A stretch of DNA of 64,000 nt. It comes from an uncultured Planctomycetaceae bacterium. GTDB taxonomy: Bacteria > Planctomycetota > Planctomycetia > Pirellulales > PALSA-1355. Numbering within the stretch: the first letter of the stretch is position 1; each line of letters starts with the position of its first letter. The DNA is taken from NCBI GenBank assembly GCA_963785305.1, contig CAWAUV010000009.1, positions 288,001-352,000 of the forward strand, in the 5' to 3' direction. The notes below the pieces were generated by a model, which saw only the letters and a program-made list of their open reading frames with translations, was not told where the DNA came from and made no database searches. The position numbers and the translations under genes are program-made. Below are positions 22,004-34,513 of this stretch, one piece after another.

Positions 22004-22750
22004 ATGGTTCGGTTCGTATTGATCCGGCCCGGTTCAACGGATTTCGACGAGCAGGGGCGCATTCAAGGCACGCTGAACATTCCGCTCAGTGCTCGCGGCG
22101 TGGCCACGGCGACCCGCATTGCCGCGGAGTTGCAAGGCCAAGGCCTGTCGACCCTGTACTCGGCCCCCTGTCAATCCGCTTGGCAAACAGCGTCGCTCAT
22201 CGGCAAGTCGCTGGGGCTCAAACCCAAGAAGCTCGACAAACTTCGTAATATCAACCACGGCCTGTGGCAAGGCATGCTCATCGACGAGGTGAAGCACAAG
22301 CAGCCAACCGTGTATCGGCAGTGGCAAGAAACACCGTCGATCGTCTGTCCGCCCGAGGGCGAAATGCTGGCCGAGGCCCAGGAACGGGTCGAAGCCGCCT
22401 TTGCCAAGTTGCTCCGCAAGCATCGCGAGGGCGTTGTCGGCCTCGTGGTGCGCGAGCCGTTGGCGAGTCTGGTGCGCGGCTGGCTGACCCGGGCGGCGGT
22501 GGGCAACCTCTGGAATTGCTGCGCCTCGACCGGCGCCTGGGAGCTGGTGCCCTACGAACCCGACGAAGGCTCGCTGGGCCGTGACTCGGGCGATTCAAGC
22601 GCCGCTGGGTGTTGGCCGACGCGGGAGGTCGCGCTTCGCACGCCCGTTGAGCGGGGCCCAAACGCCTTTTGTCCTGTAAAGTCCTTCTTTATAGTTGGTT
22701 GTGTCGAATGCTCCGGGCTCGCGCCGCCAAATTTCGGCGCCCCCCGATGA
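22004..22750 (+). CDS. Histidine phosphatase-fold protein (RPG in place of RHG)
   Basis: [28 protein letters not shown]; alternative start at 21830 with AGGAG. Confidence 0.75.
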   Translation: MVRFVLIRPGSTDFDEQGRIQGTLNIPLSARGVATATRIAAELQGQGLSTLYSAPCQSAWQTASLIGKSLGLKPKKLDKLRNINHGLWQGMLIDEVKHKQPTVYRQWQETPSIVCPPEGEMLAEAQERVEAAFAKLLRKHREGVVGLVVREPLASLVRGWLTRAAVGNLWNCCASTGAWELVPYEPDEGSLGRDSGDSSAAGCWPTREVALRTPVERGPNAFCPVKSFFIVGCVECSGLAPPNFGAPR

Positions 22751-22970
22751 GGCTGGATCGCCCTGCCGCGATCCGCGAAAATTCGCTCGGAACCGTTCGC
22801 CGCGGGTGAAACGGCCGGTTGTCGAGCGTGGCCTCGGGCGGGGCGGCGCTGGGAAAATCCGCATTTCTGGGTTGAGTCGCCCCGGTATCCTAGCTAATCT
22901 GCCCTCTTGTGAATCGCGGCGCGCTGGCACTTTTTCGACTAATGTTCCGAGCCTGAACGGTCCGCCAAAC

Positions 22971-23824
22971 ATGTCCACCAGCGAATCGACTCCGGCCAAC
23001 CAGCAGCTCAGCATGAAACGTCCTAAGCGCGGCGTGCCCGAGGGGTTGTGGCAGCGGTGTCCCGGCTGCCAAGCCACGATTTTTCGCAAAGAGGCCCAGC
23101 GGCGGCTGAGCGTTTGTCCGGAGTGCGACTACCACTGGTATGTCAGCGCGAACGAGCGGATTCGTCAATTGCTCGACGATGGCACCTTCGAGGAGTGGGA
23201 CGCCGAGCTCGAACCGGTCGATCGCCTGGGCTTCAACGACAAAAAGCCCTACCGCGATCGGCTCAAGAGCGAACAGGCTCGCACCGGGCTGCGCGAGGCG
23301 GCTATTACCGGCTCGGGCATGATTCGGGCCCGGCGAGTCGCGATCGGCGTCACCGATTCGGCTTTCATCATGGGCAGCATGGGCGCCGTGGTCGGCGAAA
23401 AGCTTGCCCGGCTCACGGAACGCGCCACCGCCCAAAAGCTGCCGCTGATTATCGTCGAGCGCCAGCGGCGGCGGCGCGCGCATGCACGAGGGCATTTTGT
23501 CGCTGATGCAAATGGCCAAAGTCTCGGCCGCGCTCGCCCGCTATGACCAGTCGGGCGGACTCTTTATCTCGGTGCTCACGAACCCGACGATGGGCGGCGT
23601 GGCGGCGAGCTTTGCTTCCTTGGGCGATATCATCTTCGCCGAGCCCAAGGCGCTGATCGGTTTCGCCGGCCCGCGGCACGATTCAAGCCACGATTCGCAT
23701 CGAGCTGCCCAAGGGATTTCAAACGAGCGAATTCCTGCTCGAACACGGCTACATCGATCGCATCGTCCGCCGCTGCGACCTCAAGAGCGAGATTGCCCGC
23801 GCGATCGACTACTGCGGGAAATAG
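22971..23824 (+). CDS. accD: Acetyl-CoA carboxylase carboxyltransferase beta subunit (two frameshifts)
   Basis: [13 protein letters not shown] zinc finger, [43 protein letters not shown]. Confidence 0.93.
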
Positions 23825-23930
23825 CCAGTCGCCGCGGGCCATTTTGGCGTTTGCCCGCGCGACCCTCTCCGCGATCGCCTTTTTGTGTTCGCGATCACGT
23901 TCTTTCGCGCCGCCGCATTCATCCACCGGC

Positions 23931-25370
23931 TCAGGCGATGATCGGCGTGATCAATTCGCCATGCACATCGGTCAGGCGCATATCGCGTCCGCCCCAGCGG
24001 TAGGTCACGCGCTTGTGGTCCATGCCCAAGAGATGGAGCATCGTGGCGTGGAGGTCGTGGATGGCGGCCTTGCCTTCGACCACTTTGTAGCCATATTCGT
24101 CCGATGCGCCGTGGCTCACTCCGCCGCGAGCGCCGCCGCCGGCCAGCCAAACGGTGTAGGCAAAGGGATTGTGGTCTCGGCCGTCGGAGCCTTGGGCAAA
24201 AGGCGTGCGGCCGAATTCGCCGGCCCAGACCACGAGCGTTTGCTCCAAGAGGCCCCGGGCCTTGAGGTCCTTGAGCAGGCCGGCGATCGGTTTGTCGGTG
24301 GCCAGGGCATTGTCTTGATGGCCCTTCTTGAGATTGCCATGTTGATCCCAGCGATCGGCGCCCACGCTATGGCAGGTGAGCTCGACGAAACGCACGCCGC
24401 GCTCGACCAGTCGCCGCGCGAGCAGGCATTGCCGCCCATATTTCTCGGTCACCGGCTCGTCCAAGCCGTAGAGCTTGTGCGTGTCGGCGGTTTCCTGGGA
24501 AAGGTCGGCCACTTCGGGCACCGCGGTTTGCATGCGAAAGGCGAGCTCGTAATTGGCGATCGCCGATTCGAGCGGATCGGCGGCGTGCCAGCGATCGCGC
24601 ACTCGGGCATCGAGCGCGGCCAAGGCGTCGAGCTTGTGACGCTGAATATCGCCGCGCGAGTCGGCCGGGCGGACATTGGCCAACGGTTCGGCGCCGCGGC
24701 GAAAGATGGAACCTTGAAAGGCGGCGGGCAAAAAGCCGCTATTGAAATTATCGGCCCCGCCTGGCGGAATCAGGCCGCCATTGAGCACCACGAAGCCCGG
24801 CAGGTTCTGGCATTCGGTTCCGAGTCCGTAGAGCGCCCGAGCGCCCATGCTTGGACGGCCCTGCATGCCCGAACCGGTGTGAAGAAAGTAATTGGCGGCC
24901 GTGTGCTCGGAGAAATTCGAGGTCATCGAGCGCACGATCGCCAGATCGTCGACACATGTGGCGATGTGGGGAAACAGATCGCTCACCCAGGCGCCGCATT
25001 GGCCGTATTGCTTGAAACTCCACGGACTCCCGAGCGTGAGCCCATTGTTGTTGAACTGCGTGGGCTCCATCTTCATTCTAAAGGGCTGGCCGCTTTCGGC
25101 CGTGAGCCGCGGCTTGGGGTCGAACGAATCGACCTGCGACACCCCGCCATCCATATAGAGGAAGATCACGCTCTTGGCTTTGGCCGCGAAGTGCGTGGGC
25201 CGGGGAGCAAACGGATTGCCATCGGCTTGGCCGTTGGTTTCGCCGTTCGGCGTGGCGCCATAAGACCGATCACCCAGCAGCGCGGCGAGCGCCAAGCCGC
25301 CGAAGCCGGTGGCGCACGCCGCCAACATTTCGCGGCGAGTTTGATAATGTCTAAAATTGCGGCAGTGCAT
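23931..25370 (-). CDS. DUF1501 family protein
   Basis: Tat-like [54 protein letters not shown]. Confidence 0.9.
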   Translation of the reverse strand: MHCRNFRHYQTRREMLAACATGFGGLALAALLGDRSYGATPNGETNGQADGNPFAPRPTHFAAKAKSVIFLYMDGGVSQVDSFDPKPRLTAESGQPFRMKMEPTQFNNNGLTLGSPWSFKQYGQCGAWVSDLFPHIATCVDDLAIVRSMTSNFSEHTAANYFLHTGSGMQGRPSMGARALYGLGTECQNLPGFVVLNGGLIPPGGADNFNSGFLPAAFQGSIFRRGAEPLANVRPADSRGDIQRHKLDALAALDARVRDRWHAADPLESAIANYELAFRMQTAVPEVADLSQETADTHKLYGLDEPVTEKYGRQCLLARRLVERGVRFVELTCHSVGADRWDQHGNLKKGHQDNALATDKPIAGLLKDLKARGLLEQTLVVWAGEFGRTPFAQGSDGRDHNPFAYTVWLAGGGARGGVSHGASDEYGYKVVEGKAAIHDLHATMLHLLGMDHKRVTYRWGGRDMRLTDVHGELITPIIA

Positions 25371-25461
25371 GACGGGCCTTGCTTCGTGAATGCGTGGCGG
25401 CGAATCACAACATTGCGACGCCGATCGGTCGAGGACAAAAGCCAGGACCCAGGGGTCGCGA

Positions 25462-28400
25462 TCAGTTCAAGAAGATAAATTCCTTCGTGTTAAGCAGCAC
25501 ATGGGCCAAATCGGTCCAAGCTTCAAGGCTATCGAACCGCTTGTCGGCGGGCGCTCCGCGCAGCTCGCCATCGCGTTCGACGAAAGCAATCGCCAGCGAC
25601 AACTCGTCGTCGAGCGGCTCGCGAGCGAAGGCAGCCAGATACATGCCTCGCACTCGCTCGGCCGGCGAGCGGCCAGGCGGCTCCAGCGCGGCGCGCCCAG
25701 CGACCGGCCAATTCCACGACCAGCGGATCATTGAGCAGGATCAATGCCTGCGCCGGCACATTCGACACGCCGCGGCGGCCCATGGCGTTGAAGGGAATCG
25801 GCATGTCGAAAGCCAGCATCATCGAGGGCAAGAAATTCCGCCGAATGCTCGTGTAAATGCTGCGGCGGCCATCGCCATCGAGCGGGCCGCTGTGAGGCTT
25901 GCCCCGCGCCTCGGCATAGTTCGGCACGTACACTTCCACCGAGCGCCCGCCGACCTCGGGTTTCAGGCTGCCCGCGAGCGAGAGCATCGCGTCGCGAATC
26001 ACTTCGCCCTCGAGCCGGCGAATGCGAGCGCGGCCAAAGAGCGCGTTTTGCGGATCGGCGGCAACCAGCGCATCGTCCCCCCGGCTCGCGAGTCGGTAGG
26101 TCGACGAAAGCATGATCTCGCGAATCAGCCGCTTCACCGACCAGCCTTCGCTGGTGAACCTGTGGGTCAAATGATCCAGCAACTCCAAATGCGTGGGCGG
26201 CTCGCCGAGCACGCCGAAATTATCGACCGAAGGCACGATGCCTCGCCCCAGCAAATGATGCCAAACCCGGTTCACCATCACGCGGCCCACCAGCGGATTC
26301 GCCGGATCGACCATTTGCCGGGCCAGCTCGAGCCGGCCGCTGCCGGTGTTCTCGATTTCGTGCTCCAGTCCGCCGAGCGCTTCCAAGAGGCGGCGCGGCG
26401 CTGCCGGACCGGGCGTCTTGGCGCTGCCCGCGCAGGAGCACATGCTCGTTGAACGCCGTGCCATCGAGCAGGGCCATTGCCGTGGCCGATGATTTCAACT
26501 GAGCGGCGAGCGCTTCGCGTTGACGCTTGTGTTCCGCGAGAAATCGCTGGGCGTCGGCTTTGTGGGTGTCATTCCAGCCGAAGAGCTCCGGCCGTTCGAT
26601 GATCCATTCCGCCAACTCGCGGGCCGGCGAGTCGCCCGGCGAAGTCGCCACGGCCTCGGTGCCCAGCGAATCGCAGGCGGCGAGCAGCGCCCGTTGGCAG
26701 CGGCGCCGAAAGCCTGGACATCGCGAGAGCCGCCCTCGCCGAGTTGCTCGGCGGCGGACTGCTTCGCGAGTGGTTCGGCGGGCAATTCGACGGGTTGTTC
26801 CGCGAGTTGCTCCACGAGCGCGGCATAATTCGCCCTCGGCATCGCCGGCGGCGAAGGCGACTGCACACACGCCGCGATCGCGAAATCGTTTGTCGGCCGC
26901 GCAGCGCGAAATTCGACATGCGCCCGCTGGCCTTGATACGTCTTCACATCGAAATTTCGCCAGTTCCAGTCCGCGAGATCGGCATTGTGACGCGTGCCTC
27001 CGTGCAGCGGCCCCGCGATCATGCGATGCGAGTCGACCACGAGAAACACTTCGGCCGAACCGCGGGCGAAATACCAGACATGGGGCTGCGAAATCACGAA
27101 GGTCGGCGTGCGAATCATGCCCGGCAACGTGGCGCCCAAACCGGCCGTGTCGGCCACTGCCTGGGGCGTTTGCCAAGCCAGCGGATGCTCGCCATCGGCG
27201 CCGAGTCGCCACGCGCCGGCGGGGCGGGGTTGCTTGCCAAAAGCGAGGCCATCGGCAATCCAGCCGCCCGCCGCCGCCGCCGAGTAGTCGACAATGACCT
27301 CGCCCTGGGCAGAATCGATATGGAGCCCGGGCCGGCGAGCTTCCCGCGGCGCGGGGTTCACGGCCACGCCGGAAACCGCCGTCGCGACAGCATGCAGCGG
27401 ATGCGAGGGTTGCGCGGGGCGGGGCCCGCGATTTCATCGCGCCAGCGCCGAGCGAGCGAGCCATCGAGCCCGCGTTCCGCGGCGATCTGCTCGAGCCGCG
27501 CCTCGCGGTCGCCAGCCGAATCGCCGAGCGCATCGCGGGCCGCCAGCAAATAATCTTGCGTGCGGGCCACGACCGGCCTTGCCGTGCGAGCGATGCGGGC
27601 CGCGAGCTCGGCGCCGGCGGCGTCTTCCGAGGCGCGAAGTCGTTCGGCGATCGCCCGATTGTGCGCTTCGTGCTCGAAGGCCACGTCGCGGTAGCTGCTG
27701 CTGTCGAGAAAGCCGGCCAGCGCGTAATAATCGGCCGACGAGATCGCGTCGAACTTATGATCGTGGCACCGAGCGCAGGCCACGGTCATGCCCAGAAATG
27801 TCTTGCCGAACACGTCGATTTGATTGTCGAGCCGATCGAGCTCGTCTTGGCGAATGTCGACCGGCGAGTGCATCCATTCGCCCAGCCACCAAAAGCCCGT
27901 GGCCACGACCGATTCATTTCGCTCGCCGCTCGGGTCCATTCGCGGATGCTCGACGAGATCGCCGGCCACATGCTCGACGACGAACTGATCGTAGGGCACA
28001 TCGGCATTGAACGCGCGAATCAGATAATCGCGATATTGATAGGCATTGGGAATCGAATAGTCGAATTCGTGGCCCCGAGTCTCCGCATAGCGGGCCAGAT
28101 CGAGCCAATGTCGCGCCCAGCGCTCGCCGAAATGCGGCGAGGCCAAGAGCCGGTCGACGAGCCGCGACCAAGCCTCGGGGCTGTCGTCGCGAACAAACGC
28201 CTCGACCTCCTCGGGCGATGGCGGCAAGCCGACAAGATCGAACAAAGCGCGGCGCAGAGCGCCGCGCGATCCGCCTCATCCGCCGGCTCGAGACCCGTTG
28301 CTTCGAGCCGAGCGAGCACAAACGCATCGAGCGGATCGCGCGGCCAAGTCGCCTGCCGCACGGCCGGCGGCGGCGTCTCTCCCACCGGACGCCACGCCCA

Positions 28401-28949
28401 ATGCCGCGCCTTGCGGCCCGCGAGATCGAAGACCGGCTTCTTCGCGTCGGTCGCCGGGTCGGGCGTTTGCTCGGCGCCCCAGGGAGCATTCGGCGCGACC
28501 CAGCGCTGGAGTTCATCGATTTCGGCCGGGCTCAACTTGCCTCTGGGCGGCATCTGCAAGTCGGGATTCGCATAACCCACGGCCTCGATCAGGCGACTTT
28601 CCCCGGGCTTGCCGAGCACAAGCTCGGGCCCGCTATCGCCGCCGGCAAGCGCCGCGGCGCGCGAATCGAGCCGCAGGCCGCCTTTTTGTTTTTCGCTACC
28701 GTGGCATTCGAGGCAATGCGTGGCCAAGAGCGGCCGGATTTTGTTTTCGAAAAACTCGACGTCGGCAGGCGGAAACCCAGCGGGCGTCGCGCTCGTTGCA
28801 CCGGAATTCGGACTCGGCGAGTTTTCCTCGCCGCGGGCGATGGGCGCCGCGAGCGAAGCGATGCAGAGCAGCGCGAGGCCCGCTTTCCACGGAACGCTTC
28901 GGTCAGATTGAGGGCTTCGCGCATGAGCGATGCGTTTGTTTGCCGTCAT
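25462..28949 (-). CDS. Planctomycete cytochrome c + DUF1549 + DUF1553 protein (about five frameshifts)
   Basis: FFENKIRP..CLECH, GERWARHWLDLARYAE, CARCHDHKFD, VNRVWHHLLGRGIV, LLNTKEFIFLN. Confidence 0.88.
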
Positions 28950-29167
28950 GGAGAAAAACGCCTAGCGAGACGCCGCCGACAACAACCAACCACGAGGTCG
29001 GCCGACAGCAGCGCGGGGGGCAGGGAAGCAATCGTTGAGGCAAGCTCCATTATAATGAAATCCAGGGCTGAAAGTCAAAAGTTGACTCCTGACTCGCGCT
29101 CGGGCCGCTTGGCAATGCGCGTGGCCGCTCGGCGACTTCGCCCAATTCGGATGGCGCGGGGCGTGTG

Positions 29168-31091
29168 TTAGGTTCGGCCGCAGAGGTCCGCCACCAGCCC
29201 GACCAGTTCGGCTTCTTCGATCGGTTTGACGGCGTGGGTTTGGAAGCCGGCCGCCAGGGCGCGGTTTCGGTCTTCTTTCCGAGCATAGGCCGTGAGCGCG
29301 ATCGCGGGCAGGTCTTGCGAGCGGGCGCCCAACGATCGCACTTGGCGGATGAATTCAAAACCGTCTTGCTCCGGCATGCCGATATCGCTGATCAAGATAT
29401 CCGGCGTCTCGCGCTTCAATGCTTCGAGACCTTCGCTGGCCGATTCCCGCGCCGTGACCACTGCCTGGTGCTCTTCGAGCAGCCGCGTCACCAAGACGCG
29501 CACATCGGGCTCATCTTCCACGAGCAGCACGCGCAAGCCGGCGAGCGAGCGTTTGGAAGCGGCGGCCGGCGCCTCGCCTTCGCTCGTCGGCGCGATCGGA
29601 TCGCGGGGCCGCGCGGGGCCGCTGGAGCGCACGGGCAGCGCCACGGTGAACTTCGCCCCGAGTTTGTCGCCCTCGCTCGCGGCTTGCACCGATCCGCCGT
29701 GCAGTTCCACGAGTTGCTTCACGATCGCGAGACCGATACCGAGCCCGCGATGCTTGCGCGCCAGCGAGGAATCGGCCTGGCGAAAGCGGTCGAAAACATA
29801 AGGCAGAAATTCGGGTCGAATGCCCTCGCCGCTATCCTCGACACGGACTTCCAAGCGGTCTTCACTTCGGACCAGCGACACTCGCACACGACCGCCCTGC
29901 GGAGTGAACTTAATCGCATTGGACAGCAGATTCCAAAACACTTGCTGCAAGCGATTCGGATCGCACGAGATTTCGTGGCATTCCTCTCCCAGTTCGACCT
30001 CGACCAAGATTTGCTTGGCGTCGGCGGCGGCTCGCACCGAGTCGAGCGAGACCAAAATGATCTTCGCAAGATCGACCTGCTTGATATCGAGCAGCACTTT
30101 GCCCGAAATAATGCGGCTCATGTCGAGCAGGTCCTCGATGATCTTGGTTTGCACCAGGGCGTTGCGCTCGATCACTTCAAGTCCGAGCTCGAAGTCCTCG
30201 GGATTGCGTTCGCGGCGCAAGATATTGCACCAGCCATGAATCGCGGTGAGCGGAGTGCGGAGCTCGTGGGAGAGCGTGGCCAAGAACTCGTCTTTCATCC
30301 AACTAGCTCGCTCGGCCGCGCTGCGCCGGCGCGCTCGTTGGCCAAGAGCGCGGCGCGCTGCTGTTCGGTTTGCTTGCGGTTCGAGATATCGAGGTTGATG
30401 CCCGAAATGCGCTGAGCTCGGCCGGCATCGTCGTATTGGCCGCGACCGCTGGTCAGCACCCAGCCAATGGCGCCATCGGCACGGAGCACGCGGTATTCTT
30501 CATCGAAGGTGACGCGGTCCGAGATTGCGCGTTCCAGGGCCGCGATGACTCGCTCGCGATCATCATCATGAATCATCCGCCGCCATGCTTCATGCATTAA
30601 CCGCGCGTCGGGCGGAAGACCAAAGTTCCGTAGGCAAAGCTCGTTGCATTCGAGGCTCAGCGTGTCGAGCTCGAGCCGCCATTCGCCCAGTCGCGCCGCG
30701 TCGAGCGCCAATCTCAATCGCTGCTCGCTGTCGCGATATCGCTGTTCGCTATTCCACAGGTCGGTCAAATGTTGCAATCGTTGTTCTTCGTTTTTCTGAT
30801 GCGCGCACGTTTCTCGCTTGAGCAACCACACCGCCACAAGCACCAGGGTGGCAATCCCCACGCTCCACGCCGCGGCCACGAGTTGCAATTCGTTTCGCGA
30901 GAGCAAAGTGCTCTCGCGGAGACCATCGGTTATGAAAGCGATCGAACGAAAGGTCAGCATCGCCACCAGAACCACGGCGAGCGCAATCCAGGCGCACGGA
31001 TGGGGATTGTGCGGATCATGCCGGCCACGATCGCCAACGCAAAGGCGAGCATCAGTCCGGCAATCAGGTAGAGAATGGCCTCGAATGTCAT
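29168..31091 (-). CDS. Hybrid PAS sensor histidine kinase/response regulator (frameshifted)
   Basis: TM segments, PAS/PAC, FLATLSHELRTPL, NLLSNAIKFT, GLGIGL, receiver SDIGMPEQDG. Confidence 0.88.
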
Positions 31092-31429
31092 GTGCGCTGC
31101 TTTCTCGAAACGCGACCAGCCGCTGACAACGATCGAAGGGTCGCGGGCGCGTCGTTTCGACGTTCTTTTTTTACCATCTTCCCCGTGAGACGCTATCCCG
31201 GCCGGCGAGCGAGACTCGCCATAGGGTTGCATGGCCGGATTTTGATGCCCTGTTGGCACGCCAAATGCTCCTCTCCACGCCGAAGCAGTTCGCGGCGGCG
31301 GCGCGTTGTTTGGCGGCGCGGTTGCGCGGTATGGTAATAAGAGAGCGCTGGCTCTCGGAGGCCAAGCGTGGCATGCTGGATAACCGGTCTCGGCCGCGCA
31401 GTTTCACGCGATTCTTTGGAGTGTGCAAG

Positions 31430-32002
31430 ATGACGACGCCGGCGCCCGAGACCGACGCCCAATCCGCGCGCTCGAACAACTCCAGCCAAGCCGAAACCTC
31501 AGCCCAGCCGGAAGCGGCCACGTTTCCCGGATTTGAAGCGCACGCCGAAGCCGCCGCGGGACGTTGCGCGGGAAGCTCGTCCTTGGGCGACGTGGAAGCG
31601 CAGTTCAGCGAGCTGCTTGCCTATGTGGCGTATTATCTCGCCGCCGAGCGCGATCTGGCCAAGTGGCGATTGCGGGCCGTGGTTTGGCGGGTGGTTTTGC
31701 TGCTCGGCGCGGGGCTTGCCGCGGTGAGCGTGGTGGTCACGGCCGCGGTATTTGTGGTGCATGGCTCGGCCCAGGGCCTGGGAGTCCTCTTGGGAGATCG
31801 GCCGTGGGCGGGCGAATTGATCGTGGGTCTTGGTGTCTTCCTTACCCTCGCCGTCTCGCGGAGTCTCGCCTTCTCGCGGGTCCGACGCCGATGGCGCGAA
31901 AAAATCATGGCCAAATATGAAACCTACCGACAACGGCAGCGAGCGGTGTTCGGACACGATGTCGAGCGCGCGGCCCAGCCACGGGGCGACCGATCCGCTT
32001 GA
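31430..32002 (+). CDS. Two-TM membrane protein (phage-holin-like/YqjE-like)
   Basis: Two hydrophobic segments after an amphipathic N-terminus; paired with the next gene. Confidence 0.5.
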   Translation: MTTPAPETDAQSARSNNSSQAETSAQPEAATFPGFEAHAEAAAGRCAGSSSLGDVEAQFSELLAYVAYYLAAERDLAKWRLRAVVWRVVLLLGAGLAAVSVVVTAAVFVVHGSAQGLGVLLGDRPWAGELIVGLGVFLTLAVSRSLAFSRVRRRWREKIMAKYETYRQRQRAVFGHDVERAAQPRGDRSA

Positions 32003-32492
32003 GCGCGAGGCGGAGCTAGCGCGGGCCGCGATCAGCGCCAAATTTCGCGACCTCAAGGCGAGCCTCGAAAACGCCGCCGATCCGCGCCAATGGGCTCGCG
32101 AACATCCTTGGGCGGCGGTGAGCATCGCCGCCGCCGCGGGCTTCGCCACCGCCTTCGCGCTCACGCGACCGCCGAAGTCGAACCCAACCGACGAAGACCG
32201 ATCGTCGGCTCCGCGCAATTCGGGCGCCGCCGCGAACTCCCCCCCGACCAATGGCTACGCCGCTCAACCCGGCGGCTATCCCCCGCCGCGAGCCCCGGGC
32301 ATCACCGGTTCGATTCTTTCGATGCTCTTCGAGCTTGCCAAGATATTCATGTCGACGCATCTCATGCCACTATTTCAAGCGTGGCAACAGGGACTCGCCG
32401 AGCAAGCGATTCGCGACACACAGCCGCCCGGCCCGCATGCGCCAAACGATGAAGACGCGCCAACCGATGCCCAGCGAGCGAATTCCATTTAG
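31959..32492 (+). CDS. DUF3618/ElaB-like hypothetical protein
   Basis: LEREAELARAAI..., WAREHPWAAVSIAAAAGF motif. Confidence 0.5.
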   Translation: MSSARPSHGATDPLEREAELARAAISAKFRDLKASLENAADPRQWAREHPWAAVSIAAAAGFATAFALTRPPKSNPTDEDRSSAPRNSGAAANSPPTNGYAAQPGGYPPPRAPGITGSILSMLFELAKIFMSTHLMPLFQAWQQGLAEQAIRDTQPPGPHAPNDEDAPTDAQRANSI

Positions 32493-32510
32493 CAGCCTAT
32501 CCGACAATCC

Positions 32511-33960
32511 TTAGTTGCGTCGGCTCGGCGGTTGCCAGGGGACCGCGCCGCCGCGCTGGACTTGTCGCCGCATCGCGGCCGAGAGATCGAGGAAAACGGG
32601 TGGCCGTTTGCCGGCGGCGATCAGGTTCGTGGCTTCGAGCGGATCGGCCTGCAAGTCATACGATCTCGAGCGGCGAGAACGGCGTGTTTTGCAGCAGCTT
32701 CCAATGGCCGCGGATCAAGGCGTCGTTGGTCTTGCCGCCGAAGCTTGGCCCTCCTTCGCGGCGAATGAAAAACACATCGCGCGGCGCCAAGTCCTTCATC
32801 TGGCCGGTGAGGATCGGCAGCAGGCTCACGCCGTCGGTGTTGGGCTCCGGGCTCGCGCCGGCGGCTTCGAGCGCCGTGGCATGCAGGTCCATGCTTAGGG
32901 CCAGCGCCGTTGATTGGCTGCCCGGCTCGATGTGACCCAGCCAGCGCATCGCGGTCGGCACGCGCAGGCCGCCTTCATACATGCTGCCTTTCGCGCCGCG
33001 AGTGGGGCCGCAATTGGCCTCGTCGCGCTGCTCGCCGCCGTTGTCGCTGGTGAAGACCACGAGCGTGTTTCGCGCGAGCTTGCATTCGTCGAGGGTCTGG
33101 AGCACCCGGCCGATACTGGAATCGAGATGCTCAATGAGCGCGACCAGGCGCGCCGCTTTTCCGAGAGCGCTGGCTCTCGTCGCTTGACTTCATCGAGCAC
33201 GGCCGGCGGCGGTTCGACCGGTCCATGGGGGGCGTTGTACGCCAGGTACAAAAAAAACGGCTTCGCGGGCTCGCCACTTCGCGAACGCAAGTAATCGCAG
33301 GCCCAATCGGTGAAGATGTCGGTGGCATGGCCCGGCGGATCGACCGTCTCGCGATTGTGACGCATGTAGTTGATGTCGTGGCGAAGATGGGTGGTGTAGC
33401 TCTCCATCATGTCGCCGAGAAAGCCATGAAATTCGTCGAAGCCGTGATCGTTGGGCGTATTCGGCGCGGTGAGCCCGAGGTGCCACTTGCCCACGATCGC
33501 GGTCGCGTAGCCCGCGCCGCCGAGCGAGCGCGAGAGGAGGCGCGTGTCCGGGGCGAGATACCCCCACGAGTCATCGGCATGGGTGCGAATCACGCCCGGC
33601 ACTCCGACCCGCTCGGGATAGCAACCCGAAAGCAGCGCTGCCCGGGTGGGCGAACAGACGCTCGAATTCGCATGAAAGTTGGTGAACCGCATACCGCTGG
33701 CGAAGAATGAATCGAGCCGCGGAGTGCGCAGATCCTTCGCGCCCTGACAAGCCAAATCTCCGAGACCAAGGTCATCGGCCAGAATCAGCACGATATTGGG
33801 CCGCGCGGGCTCATTGTTCGGAGAGTCAGCGGCGAAAATGGCGCCCAGCGGCAACATGGCGCCCGCGACCGCGACCGCGACGACCCTGATCGCGATTCGA
33901 GCCAGCGCGCGAACCCTCGGCACGGGCCGCCGCGCCCGGGGTAGTGACCGTGCGTGAGAA
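32511..33960 (-). CDS. Arylsulfatase-like sulfatase (two frameshifts; start approximate)
   Basis: PNIVLILADDLG, CSPTRAALLSG (formylglycine motif), GKWHLG, FTSDNGG, KGSMYEGGLRVP. Confidence 0.9.
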
Positions 33961-34042
33961 ACATTCGCATACCTCGCGCGGAGAAGACGGTGTGGGGTGG
34001 AGTGGAGTGCAACTAATATCGGCGCCAGCAGCGCGCCGGTCA

Positions 34043-34060
34043 ATATTTCCGCGGCGCGGC
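34043..34060. repeat. Left 18-bp direct repeat bounding the island
   Basis: ATATTTCCGCGGCGCGGC, identical to 44305..44322. Confidence 0.85.
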
Positions 34061-34513
34061 GTCCGAGGCAATCGATTGTCGATTCACTGAAAAATCCGCG
34101 AGTTGAATCTCGAATCGCATTCGAATTGTGCTCGCCCGACTGTGCTTATGCTTCGAGAACTTGATTGAGCTTGCGGTAACCGGGTGGAAGCGGGCAACAT
34201 ATGGAAAGGGCGAACTGAAGCACCGCCCGCGATATGCTCATGAAGGAATATCCGATGACAGTACAGCCTACGAAATCTAGTTCCACCGCAACATGGCTGT
34301 TCACGCGGCTGCCGGCGCTGTTGTGCCTAGTAATGTGTAACATGCCTGGCCATGTCGTCTTGGCGGCGGGCTCCGAACAAAAGATCGAAAAGGTGTACGC
34401 CCGTTGGGTCAAACAGTACGACGGCACTTTTGTCGGACCGAATGAGCGGGATCCCCTGTTTCTCGATCTGCTCGGCCGGGCTGATGGCGATTTGTTTTTT
34501 CTGCGGGGCTTGG

